Numbered from the stretch's first letter, positions 29,044 through 38,322 are shown. The stretch: 64,000 bases of DNA from an uncultured Chthoniobacteraceae bacterium (GCA_964595865.1 CAZQRL010000006.1:71738-135737); one strand, 5' to 3'. The notes: generated from the letters alone by a model not told the origin. Made by a program: numbers and translations.

Positions 29044-29585
29044 ATGAGACCCGTGAAATTGAATTGATCCGCGATTGCGATGCCGTGCAGATCCCCAGCG
29101 GCCACCCCATCGTCCTGCCCAAAGGCACCAAAGTAATGATCACCCAACGCCTGGGGGGCAGCTTCACCGTAGCCACCCAAGCGGGCTTGGCTCGCATCGA
29201 AGCCAAAGATGCCGAGGCGTTGGGACTCGATGGAGACGCGGCTTCGTTGGCGCCGAAACTCCCAGTGGAAGGAACTCTCGAAGAAACCGTTTGGAAGCAG
29301 CTGCGGACGGTTTTCGACCCGGAAATTCCCGTCAATGTGGTGGATCTGGGGCTGATTTATGACTGCGTGGTGGAAAAAACCGCCGAGGGGCAAACCCAGG
29401 TGGCTGTGAAAATGACCCTCACCGCGCCGGGGTGTGGCATGGGACCGACTATTGCCGCCGATGCGCGGGCGAAAATCCTCGCCATTGATGGGATTGATGA
29501 AGCCACCGTGGACCTCGTCTGGGACCCGCCATGGAATCAATCCATGATCAGTGAAGCAGGCCGGATGAAACTCGGCCTGGTCTGA
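29040..29585 (+). CDS. sufT: Putative Fe-S cluster assembly protein SufT
   Basis: RDCDAVQIPSG, TQRLGGSFT, VFDPEIPVNVVDLGLIY, MTLTAPGCGMG, WDPPWNQSM. Confidence 0.9.
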   Translation: MNETREIELIRDCDAVQIPSGHPIVLPKGTKVMITQRLGGSFTVATQAGLARIEAKDAEALGLDGDAASLAPKLPVEGTLEETVWKQLRTVFDPEIPVNVVDLGLIYDCVVEKTAEGQTQVAVKMTLTAPGCGMGPTIAADARAKILAIDGIDEATVDLVWDPPWNQSMISEAGRMKLGLV

Positions 29586-29611
29586 GCGGATCCTCGCCTC
29601 AAAGACCTCGG

Positions 29612-30475
29612 TTGTTGGCCACCTCACCCTCCAGTCCTAAGCCGGAGAGCCTTTTCCTCATCGCTGGCAGCGGGGCATATCCCGACTTGGTGATGCGCGA
29701 AGCTCGCCGTGCCGGTGTGCCAGCGATTCACTTGGCGGCTTTCACGGGCGAGACCGCCCCAGCCTTGGCAGAGCGGGCGGATTCTTGCGTCTGGTTGCGG
29801 GTGGGGCAGCTGGCAGGACTTTTGCAGGCGGCCCGTGCTTCCGGGGCCAAGCAGGCTTTGATGGCGGGGCAGCTGGCACCGAAGAATCTCTTTGATTTGC
29901 GACCGGACTGGAAGGCCCTCCTCATCTTGGCCAAATTGCCGCAGCGCAACGCGGAGTCCCTCTTCGGTGCTGTGGCCCGGGAAATCGAGGCTGCCGGCTT
30001 GGTCTTGCTTCCGGCTACCACTTTCCTCGAAGATCATTTGGCAGCCGCCGGGCACCTTGCTGGCCCCCGTCTGAAGCCCCGGCAACTTTGCGATCTCGAA
30101 TACGGACTCTCCATCGCCAAAGAAATCAGTCGCTTGGACATCGGACAAACAGTGGTGGTGAAAAACGGCACCGTCCTGGCCGTTGAGGCGTTTGAGGGCA
30201 CCAACGAATGTCTCCGCCGCGGAGGGCAACTCGGGCGCGGCGAAGCCACGATGGTCAAAGTCTCCAAGCCCAATCAGGATATGCGGTTTGACGTTCCGGT
30301 GGTTGGTTCTCTCACCTTGGAAACAGCCGCAGCCGCCGGCATTCGCCGGATCGGGGTTGAGGCCGGGCGCACCCTGCTGCTCGACCGGCCGGAAGTTTTG
30401 CAAAAAGCCGAGGCCCTCAAGATCACGCTCTACGGGCTCGCGACTTCCAGCACAGCGGCCGAGACTTGTCCCTGA
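29612..30475 (+). CDS. lpxI: UDP-2,3-diacylglucosamine diphosphatase LpxI
   Basis: IAGSGAYP, LDIGQTVVV, AVEAFEGTNECL, KVSKPNQDMRFDVP. Confidence 0.9.
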   Translation: MLATSPSSPKPESLFLIAGSGAYPDLVMREARRAGVPAIHLAAFTGETAPALAERADSCVWLRVGQLAGLLQAARASGAKQALMAGQLAPKNLFDLRPDWKALLILAKLPQRNAESLFGAVAREIEAAGLVLLPATTFLEDHLAAAGHLAGPRLKPRQLCDLEYGLSIAKEISRLDIGQTVVVKNGTVLAVEAFEGTNECLRRGGQLGRGEATMVKVSKPNQDMRFDVPVVGSLTLETAAAAGIRRIGVEAGRTLLLDRPEVLQKAEALKITLYGLATSSTAAETCP

Positions 30476-31476
30476 TAGCCCACCACCGGCACAAAGGCGC
30501 GGCGGAAGCCCTTGGTCCGGCTTTGCAGGATTTCGGCAGCAAGAATCACCTGCCAGAGGGTGCTGGCGCAGAGGGCCTCGCCCAAAGAGCGCCGGGGTTG
30601 TAGCAGACGGGTTTGCGGGAAAAGTTTCTCCGCCGCGCGAAACTCCGGTGCTGCGGCACTGGTTCCACTTAGCACCCCAACGGCCTCGGAACCGTCCTCG
30701 AATTGCAAGTCCTGCGCCAATCTCCGCAGTAAAGCGGCAATAGAATCCCCTCTTTGGCGCAACAAACCTGGATGCACCCGCAGTCGCACTCCGCCTGAAG
30801 TCAATTCCTCCCGGGCCAAAACCAAGGCCCCAGCGCCCTCGGAAAACAGGGTCTTTGGTGGCCGGATGCCCCACGCACCGTAGGCGGCGATTGAAATCGG
30901 ATCGGCCTCCTGGGCCGCAACGAGAAGGCAAAGATCCACTCGGTCCGTGTGCAAGAGATTGGCCGCTAGGGCAGCCGCCTGCAGACTGGAGCAGCCATCA
31001 CCCACAAGACTCAGGGCCTCGCCGGTCCATCCCAAAGTAGCGCACAAGTGACTGGCTGGAGCATTAAAAACTGTTTCCGGAAAAAGCAGCGGGCTGCCCG
31101 CTGCCGGACCACTCTCCGCCACTCCGGCAAAGAAGCGCCGGGTGAAATGCACGCTTCCATCGGAGGCCGCAAAAAGCACCGTTCGCCGATCTGCTGGAGG
31201 CATGGGCTGCGCGGTTCGTTCCAGGCACTGCTGCGCCGCCGCAACAGCCGCGAAAGAAATCCCGCTGGCGCGGCGCAGACGCGGCAGTCTTCCCAGCTCC
31301 GCTGACGATTCCGCTGGCAAAGCATAGTAAGGCAACTTTTCCTGATTCCAAGGAGCGGAGAAATCGCTGGGGGCGGGGCGGGCGTCTCGCAGGATAGCCT
31401 CACGAACCCTCTCCAGCTGATTCCCCAGCGGGGTCACCCAGGCGCGGCTGAGGATACGTAAAGTGGGGAGGTTCAT
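30430..31476 (-). CDS. Non-catalytic ketosynthase-like protein (chain-length-factor-like)
   Basis: SPLLFPETVFNAPASHL and FSEGAGALVL KS-fold motifs; catalytic ACAS position reads DGCS and the His-His motifs are absent. Confidence 0.75.
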   Translation of the reverse strand: MNLPTLRILSRAWVTPLGNQLERVREAILRDARPAPSDFSAPWNQEKLPYYALPAESSAELGRLPRLRRASGISFAAVAAAQQCLERTAQPMPPADRRTVLFAASDGSVHFTRRFFAGVAESGPAAGSPLLFPETVFNAPASHLCATLGWTGEALSLVGDGCSSLQAAALAANLLHTDRVDLCLLVAAQEADPISIAAYGAWGIRPPKTLFSEGAGALVLAREELTSGGVRLRVHPGLLRQRGDSIAALLRRLAQDLQFEDGSEAVGVLSGTSAAAPEFRAAEKLFPQTRLLQPRRSLGEALCASTLWQVILAAEILQSRTKGFRRAFVPVVGYQGQVSAAVLEVASP

Positions 31477-32696
31477 ACTACCTGTTGGAAAATGAGGGAG
31501 GCATTAGCGCCTCCGAAGCCGAAGGAGTTGGAAAGGGCCGTGCGTGGGCCTCGAATGTCTGCGGGCAGCCCACTTTCTGGCACCAAGCGCAGCGCCCACT
31601 CTGGGTCCGCTTCCCGCAGGTTCACGTTGCGAGGAAAAAAACCTTCCCGCAAAGCCAACAGGCAAAAAACCGCCTCCAACGCCCCAGCGGCGCCGAGGGT
31701 GTGACCGCTCAGGCCCTTTGTGCTCGAGACCCAGGCCTCGGGGAGCACCTCCGCAATGGCCCTCCCCTCGCTGGCATCATTCAGAGGCGTGGCGGTGCCG
31801 TGGGCATTGACGTAATCAACTGCCTCCGCCGGAAACCCTGCTGCCCGCAAGGCAGCCAGCATGGCTTCGCGGGGACCGCTACCGGAGGGTTCGGGTTGCG
31901 TGAGGTGGTGATTATCGGTGTAGGAGCCATACCCACAAATCTCCCCCAAAGGCCGCGCCCCTGAAGCCTCCAACGCGGTGTCATTTTCCAAAAGCAACAC
32001 CGCCGCCCCCTCCCCAAGGATCAGCCCGGAGCGCTCGCGATCGAATGGCCGACAACGATCAGGACTGATCGCTTTGAGGGCATCAAAGCCGCAAAAGACC
32101 AGTTGCGAAAGCGCATCGTAGCCCCCGCAGATGGCGCGGTTCTGTCTTCCGCTCGCCAAGAGCTCCCATGCCAACCCGATGGCATTCGATCCGGAAGCGC
32201 AGGCATTGGAAATAATCTGCGCCGGGATCGGCCAGCCCCGATCCAGCAACACCTGGTGCGCCGCTTGTTGCGGCGGGTATTCGCGCACCGCGCGGCGACC
32301 CTGGCGCGCATTTTCCCCGGCCATCAGCAGACGATAGAAAGCCTCGCCGTAGCTCATGCCGCCGCTGGTGGTGCCGAAAATTGCCACCTCGGGTTGAAAT
32401 TCCGGGTTTTCGCCTAGTGCTTCTTCCACAGCCGCCCAAAGCATCCGGGTGACCCGATGCCAGCGGGCGGATTCGGGCTTGGCTTGAAGCACAGCCGAAA
32501 CTTCGACATCTGCCAGCTCCGCCACCCGCCGTCCCTGACAACCCTCGATGGAAAACAAGCTGGGTGACTTCGCTGGGTCCGCGCCGTGCCGCAAACTGGC
32601 GGAAGTCTCGACCAGGCCTTTCCCCAGAGCACTGATGCAGCCCATGCTGGTCACCCAAACGCGTTGCCTGGCTCTGCGGGCTGAGGAAGCAAGCAT
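31473..32696 (-). CDS. Beta-ketoacyl-ACP synthase (FabF-like KS)
   Basis: ISNACASG (Cys), VNAHGTAT (His), KGLSGHTLG (His), SNSFGFGG. Confidence 0.9.
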   Translation of the reverse strand: MLASSARRARQRVWVTSMGCISALGKGLVETSASLRHGADPAKSPSLFSIEGCQGRRVAELADVEVSAVLQAKPESARWHRVTRMLWAAVEEALGENPEFQPEVAIFGTTSGGMSYGEAFYRLLMAGENARQGRRAVREYPPQQAAHQVLLDRGWPIPAQIISNACASGSNAIGLAWELLASGRQNRAICGGYDALSQLVFCGFDALKAISPDRCRPFDRERSGLILGEGAAVLLLENDTALEASGARPLGEICGYGSYTDNHHLTQPEPSGSGPREAMLAALRAAGFPAEAVDYVNAHGTATPLNDASEGRAIAEVLPEAWVSSTKGLSGHTLGAAGALEAVFCLLALREGFFPRNVNLREADPEWALRLVPESGLPADIRGPRTALSNSFGFGGANASLIFQQVV

Positions 32697-32698
32697 AG

Positions 32699-33706
32699 TC
32701 AACTGCGTTTGCCGGTTTGCAATAGATGCCGCAGATCCTTCGGAGTGCCGCGCACAGCAGCCAGGACACAAATCCGTCCACGCTGGGCGATGGCCCCGGC
32801 GTTTTGTCCTTGCGGAAAAAGCCGCCAATTTCCCGGAGGCCGCACCTCAATCCCGAGCGGCACACCGTCAAAAATATAGACCAACATTTGCTTCTCCGGC
32901 AGTGCCACGGCGGCGACCCGCACATTTTGATGCGTGAAAACCCGTGCGGCCACAGTTTGCTGAGTGGCCAACTCGGGCGGCACCCAGAAACCCTCCACCC
33001 CTTTGAGAGCCAACCAGTCTCCAAGGGCTCCAAGGGGCAAATCCACCGGCTCGTAATCCTCCGCTCCGGCGGCGCTGCCCAGCTCCAGAAGTTTCCGGGC
33101 TTCATCTTCACCCGGGAAGCTACCCGCACGAGCCAAAAGTCCCCAAATCCCCCAGCCAAGCAACAGGAGAAAAGCAAAGCCGAGGGCGAGCGCCATCGGG
33201 TCCAACCATCCTCTGCGCTCGCTGCGAAGTAGGCGCTGCGGGTTTTCCCATGCGGCCAAATGACGTTGGGCAACTTCGCCGGGCTGTAACTCCTCCCGCA
33301 AGGCCTCCCGCTCGATTTCGGGGAGAGACGCGCAGACTTTGCGCCACTCGGCGGGTTTGCAGCCTGCCACTCGAGCCGCTTCTTCTTCCCCGAGGGGTGA
33401 GCACAGTTTGAGGGCTATGGCCAATCGAGCGCAGCTTGGAAGCAAACGCAGAGCTTCCAAAGCCGCCGAACCCGTCGGAATCTCCGCAGTCGGAGATGCA
33501 ATGCGGGATGGCGCCAAGCGAGCAATCCGCGCAAAGAGGGATAAAACCGCCCGCCGCTCTTCGCGGGCCTCGGGTTTGCCTTGCAGCGAGCGCAGCGCCT
33601 TCTCCACCACCTCTTGGCTGCGGCGATCCTCACGAAAGAAGAATTTCGCGAAGCGAAACAGATCCGCCAGGAGTTCTGGATCGTGCGGTGCGGGATCTCT
33701 TTCCAT
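32699..33706 (-). CDS. Putative ECF-sigma-like / TM / anti-sigma-like fusion protein
   Basis: Sigma region 2-like LFRFAKFFFREDRRSQEVVEKAL; region 4-like LRLLPSCARLAIALKLCSPLGEEEAARVAGC; one TM; about 150-aa outer domain. Confidence 0.55.
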   Translation of the reverse strand: MERDPAPHDPELLADLFRFAKFFFREDRRSQEVVEKALRSLQGKPEAREERRAVLSLFARIARLAPSRIASPTAEIPTGSAALEALRLLPSCARLAIALKLCSPLGEEEAARVAGCKPAEWRKVCASLPEIEREALREELQPGEVAQRHLAAWENPQRLLRSERRGWLDPMALALGFAFLLLLGWGIWGLLARAGSFPGEDEARKLLELGSAAGAEDYEPVDLPLGALGDWLALKGVEGFWVPPELATQQTVAARVFTHQNVRVAAVALPEKQMLVYIFDGVPLGIEVRPPGNWRLFPQGQNAGAIAQRGRICVLAAVRGTPKDLRHLLQTGKRS

Positions 33707-33723
33707 AGGGTCGAAAGGGAAAG

Positions 33724-35058
33724 TCAATTTGCTGGTGGGAGAAGCGAGTCGTCGCAGGCGACTGCGGCGATGAGAGCTTCGATCATGCGGGTGATTTGCT
33801 CCGGGGTGGTGCAATACGGGGGCATTAGGACTACCGTATCGCCAATGTTGCGCGTCAGCAAACCAAACTCCCGTGCCCGATGGCAGGTCCAGAAGCCAGT
33901 GCGGCGCTCACTGGGCCACGGGGTGCCATCCGGCTGCACCAAGTCCACCCCAGCGATAAGCCCGATTTGGCGGATGTCGCCGAAGCCGGATCTGCCCTTG
34001 ATTAATCGCGCCAACTCGTGGCGAAGGTGCGCACTCAGCTCAGCAATGCGCTCCAGAGTTTTTTCTTCGGCAAAAATCTCCAGATTGGCCAGGGCGGCGG
34101 CGCAACCGAGGGGATTGGCCGTGAAGCTGTGACCGTAAAATAGAGTTCGGTTGGCTTCGGGGGGACCGAGAAAAGCTTCGAAGATTCTGCGGGTGGTCAG
34201 GGTTGCCGCGAGCGGGAGGTAACCTCCGGTGATGCCTTTGGCGAGACAGAGGAAGTCTGGCATCACATCCTCTTGTTGGCAGGCAAAGAGCGTTCCGGTG
34301 CGCCCGAAACCGGTCATCACTTCATCCAAAATCAAACAAACCTCCCGCTCATCGCAGAGCTGTCGCAACTTCGCCAACATACCCCGAGGCCAGAGGTGGA
34401 TGCGATTGACCCCCTGCACCAGCGGCTCGATGAACACCCCCGCCACCTCCCCAGCTTGCCACTCCCGCAGCGTGGGAATTTGCTCGACTGATTGCACCCG
34501 CAGGATCGGAAAGTGCCAGGCAGCGAAGCGATCGTGAAAAAGCGGCACACCGCCGAGGCTTGAGGCCCCTGTGGTATCGCCGTGGTAAGCCCGATCAAAC
34601 GCGAGAAACCACTTCCGCTGCGGTTGCCCCACCATCTGCCAGTATTGGGCACACATCTTCAAAGCGACCTCCACCGCCGTTGAGCCATCATCGGAAAAAA
34701 AGACCCGTTCCAAAGTGCCGGGAGGGAAAAGCTGCACCAGCCGATAGGCTAATTCCGCAGCTGGCGGATGAGTGGTGCCAAGAAAAGAGAGGTGCGCCAC
34801 CTTCTCCAATTGCGCGGCGATCGCCGCATTGATTTTCGGGTGTGCATGCCCATGCAAATTCGTCCAGATCGAGCTATTCCCGTCCAAATATTCCCGACCA
34901 TCCTCACCGATGAGGATCGCTCCTTTCCCCTCCACAATCACCAGCGGTGGGCGCTCTGGATCGCACCATTCCTGCATCGGGGTGAAAGGATGCCAACTGT
35001 AAGTCTGGTCCCATTCTGCCGCCAGACTGCGCACGGGCCTTTGGCTCGAATCTTGCAT
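33724..35058 (-). CDS. bioA: Adenosylmethionine-8-amino-7-oxononanoate transaminase
   Basis: WHPFTPM, YLDGNSSIWTNLHGH, GSTAVEVALKM, YHGDT, DEVMTGFGRTG, LAKGITGGYLPL. Confidence 0.92.
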   Translation of the reverse strand: MQDSSQRPVRSLAAEWDQTYSWHPFTPMQEWCDPERPPLVIVEGKGAILIGEDGREYLDGNSSIWTNLHGHAHPKINAAIAAQLEKVAHLSFLGTTHPPAAELAYRLVQLFPPGTLERVFFSDDGSTAVEVALKMCAQYWQMVGQPQRKWFLAFDRAYHGDTTGASSLGGVPLFHDRFAAWHFPILRVQSVEQIPTLREWQAGEVAGVFIEPLVQGVNRIHLWPRGMLAKLRQLCDEREVCLILDEVMTGFGRTGTLFACQQEDVMPDFLCLAKGITGGYLPLAATLTTRRIFEAFLGPPEANRTLFYGHSFTANPLGCAAALANLEIFAEEKTLERIAELSAHLRHELARLIKGRSGFGDIRQIGLIAGVDLVQPDGTPWPSERRTGFWTCHRAREFGLLTRNIGDTVVLMPPYCTTPEQITRMIEALIAAVACDDSLLPPAN

Positions 35059-35062
35059 CTTC

Positions 35063-36091
35063 TCAGGGCAGCTTGTTCTCGATTTCCTCTTCGAGCAACT
35101 CCATCTCTCTCTCCATACCTGCCACCGCTTTCGGGGATCCCTGGCTTGAACGGTAGAAAACGTAAATCAGCCCGCCCAGGATGCCCCAAAGAACCAGCAG
35201 CAGAAATCCGGAAAAACCAATCAGCACCGCGACTCCACCCGGCACACCATAAAGCACCCCCAGACACACCCGGAAAAGCTGTTCCCGCACGCCCAGTCCG
35301 GCCACACTGATCGGCAGCGCGGCAATGGTCAACACCACTGGCAGCACCGTGAAAAGCTGGCCTAGCCCGATCTCTGCTCCGAGCGCACGGCTGGCGCAGT
35401 AAAATGAAAAGAAAAAGAGCAACTGCGTCGGCAGGCTGATGCCGAACGTGGCCAGCAAGGCCGAAGGCCGCCGGGTGTAAGTGGAAAAGGCGGCCGCCAC
35501 TTCCAAGAGCGCATGCCGTAGAGGCAGCCAACGTGGGAGCTTTCCGGCCAGTTGGAAGTGCTCCACGATAAACCCACCGCAAACCACTCCCGCCGCGCCG
35601 AGAACCACCAAGAGCAGTGTCCACAACAAGGGATGCAATTCTTGCGCAGCCCAGAGGACAGAAAACGAAAGTGCTGAGATCACCGCCGCGAGAAAAATCA
35701 GGGCGAACAACCCCACCACCCGGTCCATGATCACGCTTAGGACGACCGCGGCTTTTTGCTGCGGGGCCTCCCGGCTAGCGTAATACATCTTGATGAGATC
35801 TCCCCCCGTGCCACCCGGCAGAAAGAGATTAAAGAACATCCCGATAAGATTCATCGCATAGGTTCTGGCAAAGCCCGGATCAATCCCCTGCACCTGCATC
35901 AGCCATTGCCAGCGCCAAGTTTGCAGCACCGTGGTGACCCCCACCGCCCCCAATCCCGGAAGAAACCACCACCAGTTCGCCGTCTGCAAGGTTTCCCACA
36001 TCAAGGCCCGCTTCTCGGCATCGCGGAAAATCCACCAGAGCAAGGCCAGGGTAATGGCTGCCTGCAGCAAAGTTAGAACCGTTTTTTTCAT
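35063..36091 (-). CDS. Lysylphosphatidylglycerol-synthase TM (UPF0104) flippase-like protein
   Basis: RWQWLM, FFNLFLPGGTGGD.IK.Y, DRVVG, LPISVAGLGVRE. Confidence 0.85.
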   Translation of the reverse strand: MKKTVLTLLQAAITLALLWWIFRDAEKRALMWETLQTANWWWFLPGLGAVGVTTVLQTWRWQWLMQVQGIDPGFARTYAMNLIGMFFNLFLPGGTGGDLIKMYYASREAPQQKAAVVLSVIMDRVVGLFALIFLAAVISALSFSVLWAAQELHPLLWTLLLVVLGAAGVVCGGFIVEHFQLAGKLPRWLPLRHALLEVAAAFSTYTRRPSALLATFGISLPTQLLFFFSFYCASRALGAEIGLGQLFTVLPVVLTIAALPISVAGLGVREQLFRVCLGVLYGVPGGVAVLIGFSGFLLLVLWGILGGLIYVFYRSSQGSPKAVAGMEREMELLEEEIENKLP

Positions 36092-36098
36092 GAAAAAT

Positions 36099-37016
36099 TC
36101 AGAGGGTTTCCGGGTAGCGTCCACGCCAATGATGCCAAGCTTGGCGCACCGCGTCTTCGGGGCAGTGCGGACTCAATTCGAAGACAAAGAGCGTGTCTTT
36201 TGGCAGAAGTGGCAGAAGGCTGTCGAAATCAATTTCGCCTCCGCCGGGCGGCTGATGATCGTCGTTCACCCAATGCACATCATGCACATGGCAGCCGATC
36301 AGATGCGGGGCGGCTTTTTCCAGCCAGCGATGATGGTCGAGAAAGCCCAAGTTTTCTTTGATGTGGGCATGCCCGAAATCATGCCAATAACCCACCGATG
36401 GAGAGTCCAGCTTTTGCAAAAATGGCAACATCTCCCGCTCTGAAGGCACGTCTTCGTAGCGCTCACGGTTCTCCAGCCCCAGCGTGATTCCCGCAGCCTC
36501 GGCGATAGGCAACACGGCACGCAGGGCCGTCTCCAGCCGCTCTAGGCAGTAAGATCCTGCCGCTTCCCGCTCCCGTGTCGCCCGGACTTTGAAATTCGCC
36601 CACTCCCCGCCCAAGTATTTCCCCTCCTCGATCAGGCTCAGTGCTTCACGGTAAGGCTTTTGGGTGCGCACTCGTCCCCCATGCACCACCACGCGTTTGG
36701 CCCCCACGCGGCCGGCGGTCTCCAGCGTGGCCCGCGTGAGGCGTATCGCTCTTTGCCGGTCACGTTCCCGATGGGAGGTGAATTCAAAACAATCCGGCGA
36801 GTCTCCCCCGACATCAATTGGATGCGGGCAGAAATTATGCACGCTGGATACTCGCACGTCGCCACGCTCTACCACCCGCAAGATCCCTTCCAGTTGGGTC
36901 ACCGAAAGCCCATGCCCCAACTCGATCCATTGCACCCCCCACCGCAGCAGCTCTTCCACCAGTGCCTCCCCACTTTTGTGGCGGGCGCGATTCCATGAGG
37001 TCGAAAAGGAGAGCAT
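36099..37016 (-). CDS. Sugar phosphate isomerase/epimerase (xylose-isomerase-like TIM barrel)
   Basis: IELGH, SVHN, LGLENR, YWHDFGH, HVHD, FELSP metal-ligand pattern. Confidence 0.85.
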   Translation of the reverse strand: MLSFSTSWNRARHKSGEALVEELLRWGVQWIELGHGLSVTQLEGILRVVERGDVRVSSVHNFCPHPIDVGGDSPDCFEFTSHRERDRQRAIRLTRATLETAGRVGAKRVVVHGGRVRTQKPYREALSLIEEGKYLGGEWANFKVRATREREAAGSYCLERLETALRAVLPIAEAAGITLGLENRERYEDVPSEREMLPFLQKLDSPSVGYWHDFGHAHIKENLGFLDHHRWLEKAAPHLIGCHVHDVHWVNDDHQPPGGGEIDFDSLLPLLPKDTLFVFELSPHCPEDAVRQAWHHWRGRYPETL

Positions 37017-37084
37017 CGGCGGGTAGTTAGCAGGCCGAGCCGGACAGGGCAAGCATCGCCCCCGATGGCCTCAGGCGCGACCTT

Positions 37085-38221
37085 TCATTTTCTGCGGGAG
37101 GTGCTTTGGCGCTTGGCTGCTTTGGCAGGAGCCGCAGATGCCGGCCGGGCGGCACTGGCGCGTCTTCGGGTAGCTCCCATCTCTGGCTTCGGAGTCACCT
37201 TCCGCAGCGTCCGCCCTGGAACCCAGATGCTCTCGGTCATCATACACTTCGGCCGCTGCGGAATGCCCGATTCGTTGCGGTGTAGCTGGCCAATCACCAA
37301 ATCAATGGCAAATGCTCCCACCGTGGCATTGTTTTGGTCCATCCCACTCCAGCCTTCTAACTCCGGCGTCACATCCAGATGTAACAAGCCAATATCCTCC
37401 GGGCAGCGCAGCCCAGCTCGGCCAATCCATTCCCGGACTTCCGGATGCGTGCAAACCAACGCATCCGGTTGATAAGTCTTCAACCAACTCTGGAAATCGG
37501 CCTCTCTGTCCGCCGAGAAATCCCACGGAGGAACCCTCGCCGCCAATTCTTCCGGACGCAGCCCAGCAAAGAAACCGGCGCTGAAGCGATGGTCAATATT
37601 GGAGTCAATCGCCGGATCAATCACCAACCCAGGCCGACGATAACCCAGTTGCTGTAGCTCCCAAGCCGCGTGCATGGCGGTAGAATATTGATCGTTGCAG
37701 GCAAAGTGCAGCGTGGGGCGTTCCGGTCGCACTCCCACGACCACTGTGGCCAAATCGGACCACACAGAATCATATTTTTCAGGAATTTCCCGATGGCTGA
37801 GCACCCCGGCAATCACTCCACCACGAATACTGCGGGCGCGCAAAATCTGCCGCAGTCGACCCGGTTCTATCCCCGGCTCCTCGAGCCAGAAATCATCCAA
37901 CGCATACCCTAGCTCCTCCGCCCGCTGCCGCAAACCCTCTAGCCACCCGCGAAAAGTGGGGTTGCTTTGCAGACCGTCCCGCTCCGGCGAGGCATTGAAA
38001 ACTGCCAACGTGGCCTGAAACTTGGCGTTCTTACTGGCCCGCAGCTGCGCCATCAGATTGGACACAATCGCGTTCGCCCGATAGCCCATCTCCGCGGCAA
38101 TCCTCTGAATCCGTTCCCGGGTTTCTACCCGCAAACGCGGATCATTCCGCAAAGCCAGCGAGACCGTGGCTTTGCCCACGCCTGCCGCACGGGCAATGGC
38201 CGACATATTAGGAGAGGTCAT
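37085..38221 (-). CDS. LacI-family transcriptional regulator (divergent from glycoside hydrolase genes)
   Basis: PNMSAIARAAGVGKATVSLALRN HTH, EMGYRAN. Confidence 0.9.
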   Translation of the reverse strand: MTSPNMSAIARAAGVGKATVSLALRNDPRLRVETRERIQRIAAEMGYRANAIVSNLMAQLRASKNAKFQATLAVFNASPERDGLQSNPTFRGWLEGLRQRAEELGYALDDFWLEEPGIEPGRLRQILRARSIRGGVIAGVLSHREIPEKYDSVWSDLATVVVGVRPERPTLHFACNDQYSTAMHAAWELQQLGYRRPGLVIDPAIDSNIDHRFSAGFFAGLRPEELAARVPPWDFSADREADFQSWLKTYQPDALVCTHPEVREWIGRAGLRCPEDIGLLHLDVTPELEGWSGMDQNNATVGAFAIDLVIGQLHRNESGIPQRPKCMMTESIWVPGRTLRKVTPKPEMGATRRRASAARPASAAPAKAAKRQSTSRRK

Positions 38222-38271
38222 GAGGGGAAAAAACCTGCCGGGAGCGGGGGAAAACAGCAGGAATTAGTTGA

Positions 38272-38322
38272 ACTGTATAACGAGTTATCCTTTGTGCAAC
38301 CAATAACTATAGCTAACGTTAT
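38272..38322. promoter_or_regulatory. Divergent promoter region with candidate LacI operators
   Basis: Palindromes ATAAC-GA-GTTAT (38277-38288) and TAACGTTA (38314-38321); minus-strand TTGCAC-16-TACAGT. Confidence 0.45.
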
